Origin: Lingula anatina
Lineage: Eukaryota > Animalia > Brachiopoda
Assembly: GCA_051362555.1 (NCBI GenBank)
Contig: CM120648.1
Location: 1,279,721 to 1,343,720 of the forward strand
DNA length: 64,000 bases
Reading direction: 5' to 3'
The position numbers and the translations under genes are program-made. The notes under the pieces are model-generated. The model was given only the letters and a program-made list of their open reading frames with translations, did not search any database and had not been told where the DNA came from. Positions 1-11,801 of the stretch are shown here, piece by piece. Within the stretch, counting starts at the first letter, position 1; the number at the start of each line of letters is the position of its first letter.

Positions 1-224
1 CTAATATTTATATCTTTGAAAAAATTGAGAAAGATATTTTCAACAGCTGAAATTAAGACAACCAAAAGACGATGCGGGTCAGATCACAAACAAACGCAAA
101 ATGAGATTGCGTAAGCCCTAATCCCTTGACTAGTATTGAAATAGACCTACCGGAGGTATATATTCCAAAATGATGTGTGACTGGTTCTTAATATAAGCTC
201 ATGTTGTTAACTGAGCCCTGCTAC

Positions 225-1080
225 ATGATGAGATTTCTAGTCGTGTTAGTTTTTGTTGGAGTCACCAGAGTCGGCTGTTTTTCAACAGTCAGGAACAATC
301 TTGGAGCTCAAAATGTGGAAGAAAGGTCTGCGCAGTTCACAAAGGATGATAAGGTGAGAGAAACATCTCTTCAGTTGTAGTTCCACCAATACAGGAATTA
401 AGAAAGTGGTGCCCCTGTGGAATAAAAAAAAAAAAGATATCAACACACCCAAATCCATTTACTACATCTTTTGTATGCAGTATTTGCCTATTTATTTTGA
501 TATCCTACGTGAAGGCTACCATTACTCCAAGCGAACGTTGATTCAATAGTTCTTTGGTTGGTTTTCTTGTCAGGGTGACAAACGCCATTTTTACCGATAC
601 CTTGACGTTAATCAAAATGGCATACTGGAAAGAAGAGAGTATATCGACTTGGTAATCCAGAGAGCAAAACGCCACTTAGACGCCGAGAGACAATCTGAAC
701 TAGACGATATCATGAATGAAGCTTGGTTGGATTTCTTGTCCAACGAAGGAGATAACTATCCTGAGTCGGTCAAACTAAACCCGGGCGATACAGAAGAACA
801 CCTTACACCTAGAAAACGTCGGCAACATAGAATTTTCATAAGAGCCCTTTTCTCTATTTTTGACTCTGGCGCAGACGAGAAGTTGGACAACCAAGAGCTG
901 GTGCGTTTCTTTGAAGTTTTCCAAGTACCGGCGGCTAAACTTGGTCTGTCCTTTGACCACATTGACACAAACCAAAACGGCGCGATTGACAAGAGCGAGT
1001 TTCTTGAATTGGCGGATTATGCAAGTTTTCTGGGGTGTTGGAAGCAATCCGGGCTTTCAACGTGTAAACATAGAAAATAA
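225..1080 (+). CDS. Secreted SCP/calexcitin-like EF-hand protein, copy 1 (exons 225-353, 574-1080; 211 aa)
   Basis: Exon 1 MMRFLVVLVFVGVTRVGCFS...KDDK|gtgag is a hydrophobic leader. Phase-0 intron to cag|GGT GAC AAA. EF loops DVNQNGILERRE, DSGADEKLDNQE, DTNQNGAIDKSE. TATA-like sequence near 157-164. Confidence 0.85.
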
Positions 1081-1462
1081 GTACATTTGCAAAGTTTGTA
1101 TCTCTGAAAAAAACGAGAAAGATATTTTCAACATTTGAAATTAAAATATCCAAACTATGAGGTTATAAAATGACGAGATATTGGATGCTTCGCCAGCTAG
1201 GTGGTTCAATTCACTATTACTGACATTAATTTCTACTAATTACTACTATCAAAGTCAGCTATTTTTCAACAACAGGTTATCACGGTATCATTTATTCAGA
1301 AATAAGGCAACCAGCACTCTCTAACCACAGACTGTCCATGTAACATAAAATCTCAATGGCAATCTTGTACTCAACTTAACTTGCTGTCTACTAGGGGTGT
1401 GTGGGAGTAGCACATTATTATCTACACGTAAATTATTTTCATGGAGACGCAGGCGTGTGTAT

Positions 1463-1719
1463 GAGACCATTCCCAGACCCTATCGCACTAACTTTGGATC
1501 GAACTATCTCCAAGGGGATTCTCGATTAATTGCAATTAACTTAAGCGGCTTAGATGTCTGTCACGCCTACTGAAGCTAATAGGGGGCAATTAGCTATCAT
1601 TTAGCAGCTTTAGTAGGCGTCCCAGACATCTAAGCCACTTAAGCTGAAAGCAATTTAGCGAGAAACCCCGTGGAGATAGACTGATCCTGTTAGAACGATC
1701 TAGGTATGGGAAGCCAGTC
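1463..1719. mobile_element. Fold-back MITE related to family A (PIF/Harbinger-Tourist-like)
   Basis: Flanked by TAT/TAT. Long internal inverted repeat (ctatctcc..cttaagcggcttagatgtctg..acgcctact / agtaggcgt..cagacatctaagccacttaag..ggagatag). Shares a core with family A. Confidence 0.7.
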
Positions 1720-2403
1720 TATCAACACGTATATAACGAAAAGTCATTGAAATGATTCTGTCACGCACGAATCCAGATAAATGCTTTGATTTTGGTTTTG
1801 GTCAGTAATAAAATGATTTTTTCTCTAGATAAACAGTTACGCGTATCTTGTCGTTCCCTACGCACAACTTAAGTCTTTTAGGTTGATAGTTTGAAATAAT
1901 AAGTGCCAAATTTTGAATCCTGAGAAGCCTTGATGTGAAATTCTATCATACATGGTGAGCCAGTCTTTAAATATTTAAAAGAAAAAGCAAAAGCTATTTG
2001 CAAGATGTAGGACTTTATAAAGGGCCACCATTTCGTAAATCTAAATATTTCTGTCAAAATCCAGGCATATTACACATGAAAAAAAAAACGATCTTCGGTA
2101 CAAATGTTTCTGTTACAAAACAAGTGTCTAGTTGTGTCCAACTTTATGCAGGCACTAATTAATTATTGATATCATTATTTTGGAAACCATAATAAATTAT
2201 GTTGTAGGTGTTTTAGGTAAAAAGGGATCCTACGGTGGGGTTACTGTAAGCCTTTCTTGACGATCTGCATTTAATCCTTTTAAAGAGGTACGCGAGAAGA
2301 CCACGAAGGAGAGTTTTACAGCAGGACAAACGCATCACAGCATTTTCAAAAAACAATATTTAACAATAATAAATATTTAATTTCAAAGCTACGAAGTGTT
2401 TAT

Positions 2404-2596
2404 GGGCGTATTCCCATAGACTTTAGATCGATCTAGATTACTGTCAGATAATCCGGCTTAAATGTCCGTCCCGCCTACTACAAGCTGTAAGGGGGTAATT
2501 AACTTTCGTACCCGCTCGGCTGACAGCTATTTAGTGTGAACCCCCAGGGAGTTAGGTCGAGCTAGTTGGATCGATCTAATCTCTGGGAATGGGGTC
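2404..2596 (+). mobile_element. MITE family A copy (internal deletions)
   Basis: TIRs GGGCGTATTCCCATAG / CTCTGGGAATGGGGTC, TAT/TAT target-site duplication. Five copies in the window. Confidence 0.85.
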
Positions 2597-2728
2597 TATA
2601 GTATGTGGTCGTAATGCTGGTGGCTGGCTTCCGCGAATCCCGTGATTATCTGTGAGATTGGCCTATATATATCCCAACATGATATGTGACTGGTTCATCA
2701 GCTCATGTTGTTCACTGAACCCTGCTAC

Positions 2729-3597
2729 ATGATGAGATTTCTAGTCGTGTTAGTTTTTGTTGAAGTCATCAGAGTCGGCTGTTTTTCAACAGTCAGGAAC
2801 AATCTTGGAGCTCAAAATGTGGAAGAAAGGTCTGCGCAGTTCACAAAGGATGATAAGGTGAGAGAATCATCTCTTCAGTTGTAGTTCCGCCAATATGCAA
2901 ATTTAAAAAGTGATGTTCTAGTCGGATTGAAAAAAAAAAAAGGTATCAACTCACCTAAACCCCTTTACTTCATCTTTTGTAAGCAATAGACATTAACAGT
3001 TTTTTTCCTGTTTATTCTGATATTCCACGTGAAGGGTAGGCCTACCATTATTCCAAGGGAACAGTGATTTACTATTTCCGTAGGTCTTTTGACTGGTTTT
3101 CTTTTCAGGGTGACAAACGCCATTTTTACCGATACCTGGACGTTAATCAAGATGGCATACTGGAAAGAAAAGAGTACATCGACTTTGTAATCCAGAGAGC
3201 AAAACTCCACTTAGACGCCGAGAGACAATCTGAACTAGACGATATCATGAATGAAGCTTGGTTGGATTTCTTGTCCAACGAAGGAAATAGCTTTCCTGAG
3301 TCGGTCAAACTAAACCCGGGCGATACAGAAGAACACCTTACACCTAGAAAACGTCGACAACATAGAATTTTCATCAGAGCGCTTTTCGTTATTTTTGACT
3401 CTGACGCAGACGAGAAGTTGGACAACCAAGAGCTGGTGCGTTTCTTTGAAGTTTTCCAAGTCCCAGTGGCTGAACTTGGTCTGTCCTTTGACCACATTGA
3501 CACAAACCAAAACGGCGGGATTGACAAGAGCGAGTTTCTTGAACTGGCGGATTATGCCAGTTTTCTGGGGTGCGGCAGGCGTGGCGGCGTTCTTTAA
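2729..3597 (+). CDS. Secreted SCP-like EF-hand protein, copy 2 (exons 2729-2857, 3109-3597; 205 aa)
   Basis: Close paralog of copy 1 with canonical GT/AG in frame. Loops DVNQDGILERKE, DSDADEKLDNQE, DTNQNGGIDKSE. G->E change inside the leader core. AATAAA downstream. Confidence 0.85.
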
Positions 3598-4547
3598 GTA
3601 TCGTTATCGATCAACAAAGGAACATGCTATAGAAGGTTTTGTAAACTTGCTGATCTATCTTAACTTCTACAGAAATCACTTCAAAATAAAGTCTATGGAT
3701 AAAAAAGATTTTCTGTCATTTCTTTCTGTGCAGTTCACCCGTTCCTCGTTTTTTCCCGTTCTTTTGTTGGTTTAGTGGATTTTTATCAAAAGATTTGAAT
3801 TTTAAATTTCAAATCAGAGTTTTTTTACCGGCCTCCTCTTTATAAAATGCTTTGCTGAGTAAGAGTAGTTTTGAATCAATGGAGCACCTTTCTTTTTATT
3901 ATTACTATTATTATTATTATTTGCCTGAAAGCGAAAAGGGGCCGTATGCCTAAAAGTGATGAGCGCGTCAAGGGGCACAAAATAAACATTGTCGGACTAA
4001 ATTATTGAACCGAAAACGGAGTGACAGAGATATATCACTACAAATTACCATTTATCAGAGCAGACTATTTTTCATAAGTAGCTTAGTAAGGTTGCCTTCA
4101 CAATGAATCTATCACTCTTCACAGCGCCTCAAGCGGAATGCAACCAGATGGTAGAAATAATTTTCACCGCGGTGAAAATTCCATAAAATAAAACTTAAAT
4201 GAAAATAAAAAAAAGTTAATATGATACTAACAAAACTCCGTAAGATGGTGATGCTGAATACAGAAAAGCTGGTGATTATGCGGTTTTTATTTTTATTTAT
4301 TTATTTATTTATTTTTGGAAACAAGGAAGAGGCGTGTAAATCTGTTATTATGATCGCAAAAATGCATTAGTTTCACTGTTGCATATATGACGTCTCATAA
4401 ATCCATTGCCACCTGACTAAAACAAGTATATGAATGTCATAGAATTTCGTGCAGCATAAAAGGCACACTATTTAGCAAAACTTTATTGAGACATATGGTC
4501 GTTCGTCGAGGGATCGATTTTTCTGCTAAATTACAAGAGATAACTAA

Positions 4548-4744
4548 GACCCCATTCCCAACTAGATCGACCTAACTCCCTTGGGGTTCACGCTAAATAG
4601 CTGTCAGCAGAGCGGGCACGAAAGTTAATTACCCCCTTACAGCTTGTAGTAGGCGGGACGGACATTTAAGCCGGATTACCTGACAGTAACCTAGTGAGAC
4701 TCCCCACGGGGATAGATCGATCTAAAATCTATGGGAATGCACTC
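4548..4744 (-). mobile_element. MITE family A copy, inverted
   Basis: Reverse complement of 9720-9934 with a short deletion. Flanks TAA/TTA. Confidence 0.85.
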
Positions 4745-4907
4745 TTAGGGGACAGTTTTGTGTTATGTTTTCCACAGCAAACCACATTTACTGGTATACC
4801 GGTATAACATTTCCTATGCTGGCAGTATCACAGGTGACCATACCACCGATAAAGAAGTTTTTATGTCACCTCTCCATGATGAGATATGAAAACGGTCCAT
4901 TTTTAAA

Positions 4908-4909
<2 letters not shown>

Positions 4910-4938
<29 letters not shown>
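4910..4938. repeat. (TG)n microsatellite
   Basis: Read directly. Confidence 0.95.
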
Positions 4939-4941
<3 letters not shown>

Positions 4942-5299
4942 TGCTCTTCGAACCTGAATACAATACGGATAATAAAAGACCGGATATCAGTGCCAATGTT
5001 TCGGAAACAAAACGTGTGTCTAGTTTTGTCGAGCGTTGCTTTATGCAGGCAGCAATAATTTATATCATTATGTTTCGATAGGTATTATATTTTTGTTGTA
5101 AGCGTTTTAGGTAAAACTTACCCTTCTTAAGAACTTTCTTGATGGGCAATGGCAATAAAATGTTGGAGAGATGTTGGCACTTTTTGTCAATTCCGTTGAT
5201 AGGCTGGTGGTTTGCTTCCGCGATTCCCGTGACATTTTGTGAAATAGTTCGATATATACCAATAGACAGCGTGGCCAGTTCATTACCTCAAGTTGCAGC

Positions 5300-6310
5300 A
5301 TGATCGGTTCGCTAGTGTGGTTCGCCTTTGTTGCACTCCTCAGTGTGGACTGTAACTTAACACTGGGTTACAAACCTGGCGCTCACGATGCCAAAGATAA
5401 ATCGTCGACGTTTATAAAGACTGGTGAGGTACGTAAGAGGCACATCCCTTCACTGGTTGTTTTCTCAATATGTTAATTTGTAAAATGTTGGCTGATTTGC
5501 ATCGGGAAATTGTGGAAAATTCAGTGACCGTGCTTTCTACACATCAAACGGCCAGTTGCGTATTCCACCGACTTACGGGTAATATGAATTAGGAAATGGA
5601 TCGTTTGGGCGTGTAAGTTACAGTTATACAACATTTTTTGTGGAAAGATTCTGTGAAAAATCATGTATTATATATGTTAAGTATTGGAAATGTACTAAAC
5701 TGTGCTTTGTTCAAAGTGTGTTCAGGCAAACAAAGGAGTTTTATGGAGAAATTAATGCATTTATACAAAGCTTTAACAAGTAAAATTGTCCAACCTGAAT
5801 ACTAATTGATTCTCTAAGTCATTTACCTGATCTTCCTCATAGGGCCACGGGGGCCATTTTGTCAGGTACCTGGACGTTGATCAAAATGACATACTGGAAA
5901 GACGAGAGTACATCGAGTTGATAATCCAGAGAGCAAAACGCCACTTAGACACCGAGAGACAATCTGAACTAGACGATATCATGAATGAAGCTTGGCTGGA
6001 TTTCTGGTCCAACGAAGGAAATAACTATCCTGAGTCGGTCAAACTAAACCCGGGGGATACAGCAGATAATCTTACGCCTAGAAAACGAAGACAACATAGA
6101 ATTTTCATAAGAGCAATATTTAATATATTTGACACTGATTTCAACGAGAAAATGGACAACCAAGAACTGACGCAATTCTTTGATGTTTTCGCGGCCAAGC
6201 TTGGTCTGTCGTTTGAACAAATTGACACTAACAAAAATGGCGGTATTGACAAGGGTGAGTTCCTCCATTTGGCTGATGATGCAAGTTTTCTTGGTTGCGG
6301 CGGTAGCTGA
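5300..6310 (+). CDS. Secreted SCP-like EF-hand protein, copy 3 (exons 5300-5428, 5843-6310; 198 aa)
   Basis: Exon 1 MIGSLVWFAFVALLSVDC...KTGE|gtacg (129 nt, same length as copies 1-2). Acceptor tag|GGC CAC is in frame with the 5918 ORF. 9-nt in-frame deletion (RVP) after EF3. Confidence 0.85.
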
Positions 6311-7030
6311 GTCATCGATACCTTCCCGGTTTGATATACGTTAATATATATAAATCGTCAGCGAACGGACCCCACTCCCCTAAATATCCAGATATTATTA
6401 ATTCCAAATGAATTTCATTGAAATAGTTTTCATCAACGTTCCATCTTATCTTATACAGACAAAACTTCAAAATAAAGTTGTTTTAAGCAGATGATATGGA
6501 TTTTTGCTATCTTTCATTCCTAACTTGTTGAGTGAACTCATAATAAAACTCAAGAGATAATAAACGCAGTCAATAGTCACTTAGGAAAATGGGCAACCAA
6601 GAACTAACAAAATTATTTGATGTTTTATTTATTTATGTATATATTTATTTGTTTATTTATTCATCTCTCATTTTACTGACTCAGCTATTCAGTCCAGCAA
6701 CTCTGAGTTTAGCAATGACATCTCTTTTGCGGAACACGTAAAGGGTTAGAATTTACAAGCACCTATATATGTAATGCTTTCAATAAACCGTCATAATTGC
6801 ATTGTGCAAAATCCATCACTTTAGTCTGTATGTAAAGAAAACAGCATGTAAACAAGTTGGCTCATTGTGAGGGTATGCAGCAACATTTATTTAATTTTCT
6901 TCGTCATATTTTGAAAAAGGTATCTCTAGCGTCGTTGTTCACCTTTATATTCCTTCATGTCGATTGGCTAGATGCTTATACAGAGGCTTATATGTAATCG
7001 TTTAGTGAAGTCCTCACAAAGACTTGCAAA

Positions 7031-7933
7031 ATGTCTAGTTCCATGGTCGTTTGTTTCATTGTGGGTCTTATCGGAGTTGCCCTTCTCTCATCAGTTAGTA
7101 GCAGCCAAGGTGTGGAAGAAAGATCTCTACGGCTTATACATGTAAGTACTGATAAATGAAGGGGCACTGATCAATTTTACTTTCAATTTTGAAAAGTGCT
7201 GGTTGTTTCCGAATGGATACATTTTTGAGAAAATTTCTGTGGTCGGAAACTTTATGCATAAATTACATGGTTATTTTCTTTCAATACTTATGTTTCAGAT
7301 TTCATATTTTCAGTTTTCTTTGAGTTTAGACCGAGAACATAGTCGGTTCATGTTTATAGTTCGTTGTCAAACCTTAAGACACGTTGTTTCTCTTAGTCCT
7401 TTATCTGCGTTTCATTTTAGGGTCACAAGCCTCATTTCTACCGATACTTGGACGTTAATCAAGATGACACACTTGAAAGAAAAGAGTACATCGACTTGGT
7501 AATCCAGAGAGCAAAACGCCACTTAGACGCCGAGAGACAATCTGAACTAGAAGATATCATGACTGGAGCGTGGCAAGATTTCTGGTCTAACGAAGGAAAT
7601 AACTATCCTGAGTCCGTCAAACTAAACCCGGGGGATACAGAAGAATACCTTACACCAAGAAAATGTCGGCAACATAGAATTTTTATAACAGCAATATTTT
7701 ATATATTTGACACTGATTTCACCGAGAAAATGGACAACCAAGAACTGACGCAATTCTTCGATGTTTTCAGAGTCCCCGCGGCCAAGCTGGGGCTGTCATT
7801 TGAACAAATTGACACTAACAAAAATGGTGGTGTCGACAAGGGCGAGTTCCTCGAATTGGCTGATGATGCAAGTTTTCTTGGTTGCGGCGGTTACCGCACT
7901 GGTTTGATATATTCAAATACATGTAAATCGTAA
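7031..7933 (+). CDS. Secreted SCP-like EF-hand protein, copy 4 (exons 7031-7141, 7421-7933; 207 aa)
   Basis: Exon 1 MSSSMVVCFIVGLIGVALLSSVSSSQGVEERSLRLIH|gtaagt. Acceptor ttttag|GGT CAC AAG is in frame with ORF 7448-7933. Confidence 0.85.
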
Positions 7934-9202
7934 GCAAACGGGCCCCACCCCCTAAATATTCAGATATTATGAATTCCCAATGAATTTCAATGAAATTAAT
8001 GTTGGACAAATAGTTTTCATCAACGTACCATCTTATCTTATACAGAAAAGACTCCAAAATAAAGTCGTTTTAAGCAGATGATATGGATTTTTGTCATCTT
8101 TCATGATATTCCTTCTTTTATTCCGAACTTGTTGAGTTTTGCCCAAAGCCATTATTACTTCACCTTTTCCCTCTTTTCCCGAAAATTTGTCACAAATTCA
8201 AATGTGAGAGATCTGGAGGCGTACGTTTAAAGACAGAAAGGAAAATGAGTTAGTTCATTTAGTCAATTATTTAACAATTTAAAAGACCTTGAAAATGGTA
8301 TTTAATTGTCTGTTGAATGCGTGAAAGGTTAGAATTTACACAAACACCCCCTTATGCAACAGTTTTAAAGAACCAGCATGATCACATTAAACAAAATTTA
8401 TCAGAGCACTTTTCGTCATTTTACCTTCGGTTTATTGGTTTATTGGGTTTTGTTATGAAAAGATTTGAATTTCAAAATTCAAATCGAAGTTTTTACCGGC
8501 CTCCTCTATATTAGGTGCTTTGCTACAGGAACGGCAGACACAAACTGAATTATTTTAAATAATAATAATAATGTAAGGATGATAATTTTCACCAAACTCC
8601 TTTCCCCTTAGAGGGTTGGAGGGGGAGGGGACATTTTTAGACGATTGAGCTCATTGTATACTTTGCTTGCTGTTTCATTTGTGAGGAATCTCTTAAGAAG
8701 CTTAACACGCAATTTGTTAATTTTAGCAACAACGGAGTCGAAATTAAGAGAAGAACAAACCGGTCCTGGGTCACTTTTTATTATCAAAACATGCGTAAAT
8801 ACGCAAAACTTGGATGCAAATAAGTTCTCACATTTAATGAAAGGGGGATGACAAGTTTTTCGCTAATAAAGGGCTTTAGGAACCACATTTGTCCTCAAAA
8901 GAGTGAAATTAGAATTTTCAAATACCTGCATATGTTATGTAATGCTTTCAATAAACCATCCTAATTGCATTGTACAAAATCCATCACTTTAGACTGTGTG
9001 TAAAGAAAACAGCATGTAAACAAGTTGGCTCATTGTGAGGGTAGGCAGCAACATCTATTTCATTTGGTTCGTCATTTTTTGTAAAAAGATATCTCTAGCG
9101 TCGTTGTTTACCTTTATATTCCTTCATGTCGATTGGCTAGATGCTTATACAGAAGAGGCTTATTTATTATCGTGTAGTGAAGTCCTCACAAAGACTTGCA
9201 AA

Positions 9203-10853
9203 ATGTCTGGTTCCATGGTCGTTTGTTTCATTGTGGGTTTTATCGGAGTTGCCCTTCTCTCACCAGTTAGTAGCAGCCAAGGTCTGGAAGAAATATCTCG
9301 GGGGCTTATACATGTAAGTACTGATAAATGAAGGGGCACTGATCAATTTACAATTTTACTTTCAATTTTGAAAAGTGGTGGTTGTTTCCCAATGGATACA
9401 TTTTTTAGATTTCTGTGGTCGTTTTCGACCTGCTCAAACCACTTTACTACCGCATTTGTATACGATCGTTGTTGGCTACTCTACCTTTTGGGATGTTTAT
9501 GCTGATATTGTACGTGGAGGTTACCACTATCCAATGAACAGATTGGTTCTTTACACTGGACTTCAAAAGCGCACTCCCTACACCCCGTTTAATATATACA
9601 TGTAGCCCCCGTGTTTGCTTAAAGGTATCCTATATGTTTTTTCCAGCCAAATCGAATTTTCCTCGAGAAAAAAGGATTTTCTCCATCTCAACAATTATCG
9701 TCAACATGTCGTGCACTTGGGCCGTATTCCCAGAGCTTTTAGATCGATCTATCCCCGCGGGGAGTCTCCCTAGATTAATGTCAGATAATCCGGCTTAAAT
9801 GTCCGTCCCGCCTACTACAAGCTGTAAGTGGGTAATTAACTTTCGTGCCCGCTCGGCTGACAGCTATTTAGCGTGAACCTCCAGGGAGTTAGGTCGATCT
9901 AAAGTAGATCGATCTAATCTCTGGGAATGGGGTCTTGGATTCATTGTTTTCTACCACCTCCTGACTTTTAAATGAGTTGTGTTTCTTTGAGAACACCGTC
10001 CAAGGGTATTTCAAAAGGAAATGTAGGGATTTATCGTGTTTAAAGGAAAAGTAGCTTTATCGGGAACTTAGACCTTAAAATATGCCTTTGATGGTACATT
10101 TTCAAAAGCAGTATAGTATATATCATAATTAGGGTTCATTTCCGTCCACAGCTATGAAGATTAATACATAAAATAAGTAAAACCCACAACACCTGAAAGT
10201 TGAAACTTTATGCATGAATTACATTGATATATTCTTTCAATAGTTATGTTTAAGATTTCATATTTTCAGCTTTCTTTAAGTTTAGACCGAGAACATACGC
10301 GGTACATGTTTCATGTTAGTTGTCAAACCTTAAGACACGTTGTTTCTCTTAGTCCTTCATCTGGGTTTCTTTTTAGGAACACAAGCGTCATTTCAGCCAA
10401 TACCTGGATGTTGATCAAAATGACATACTGGAAAGAAAAGAGTACATCGACTTAGTTGTCCAGAGAGCAAAACGCCACTTAGACACCGAGAGACAATCTG
10501 AACTAGACGATATCATGACTGAAGCATGGCTAGATTTCTGGTCCAACGGAGGAAATAACTATCCTGAGTCGGTCAAAATTAACCCAGGGGATACAGCAGA
10601 TAATCTTACGCCTAGAAAACGTCGGCAACATAGAATTTTCATCAGAGCAATATTTAATATATTTGACACCGATTTCAACGAGAAAATGGACAACCAAGAA
10701 CTGACGCAATTCTTTGATGTTTTCAGAGTCCCCGCGGCCAAGCTTGGTCTGTCGTTTGAACAAATTGACAATAACAAAAATGGGGGTGTTGACAAGGGCG
10801 AGTTCCTCCATTTGGCTGATGATGCAAGTTTTCTTGGTTGCTACAGTGGCTGA
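9203..10853 (+). CDS. Secreted SCP-like EF-hand protein, copy 5 (exons 9203-9313, 10377-10853; 195 aa)
   Basis: Exon 1 MSGSMVVCFIVGFIGVALLSPVSSS...IH|gtaagt. Acceptor tttag|GAA CAC AAG is in frame with ORF 10515-10853. The intron carries a MITE. Confidence 0.85.
9720..9934 (+). mobile_element. MITE family A, full length 215 bp, in the intron of EF-hand copy 5
   Basis: TTG/TTG TSD confirmed by empty sites (gtgcacTTGgattc) in the paralogous introns at ~12300 and ~15030. Confidence 0.92.
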
Positions 10854-11274
10854 GTTATTGTTACAGCGCTGGTTTGATATACATTAATATATGAAAATCG
10901 TCAGCGAACGGACCCCATCCCCCTAAATATCCAGATATTAGGAATTCCAAATGAATTTCATTGAAATTAATGATGGACAAAAAGTTTTCATCAACGTTCT
11001 ATCTTATCTTATACAGACAAAACTTCAAAATAAAGTCGTTTTAAGCAGATGATATGGATTTTTGTCGTCTTTCATGATATTCCTTCTTTTATTCCTAACT
11101 TGTTGAGTTTTGCCCAAAGCCATTATTTGTTAATTTAAGCAACAACGGAGTCGAAATTAAGAGAAGAACAGCGCGGCTCTGAGTCACTTTTTATGATCAA
11201 AATATGCTAAAATACGCAAAACTTCGATGCAAACAAGTTCATTTGCGCACATTTAATGAAAGAGCGATGACAAG

Positions 11275-11448
11275 CAGGCCCGTAGCCAGCAGTTTCAAAA
11301 GAGGGGTTCTTTTTCCCAACAAGTGGATCTTTTACAATGAAACCTTGGTGCCCCTAGATCAAATTTTACCTGAAATGGACCTTTTCCTGACAAAAAGGGC
11401 GGTTCTTTCAAACCCCCCCCCCCCCCCCCTCCTCCGGCTACGGGCCTG
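11275..11448. mobile_element. MITE family B (CAGGCCCGTAGCC TIR)
   Basis: TIRs caggcccgtagcc / ggctacgggcctg. ACAAG TSD, with empty sites in paralogous regions at ~8850 and ~14228. Confidence 0.85.
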
Positions 11449-11801
11449 ACAAGTATTTCACTAATTAGGGGTTTAGGTATCACATTTGTCCTCAAAAAAG
11501 TTAGAATTTAAGTTAGGATTTAAAAATGCCTGCATATGTAATGCTTTCAATTAACCATCCTAATTGCATTGTACAAAATTCATCACTTTAGACTGTGTGT
11601 AAAGAAAACAGCATGTAAACAAGTTGGCTCATTGTGCGGGTATGCAGCAACATCTATTTAATTTGGTTCTTCATATTTTGAAAAAAGATATCTCTAGCGT
11701 CGTTGTTTACGTTTATATTCCTTCATGTTGATTGGCTAGATGCTTATACATAACAGTCTTATATATAATCATTTAGTGAAGTCCTCACAAAGACTTGCAA
11801 A

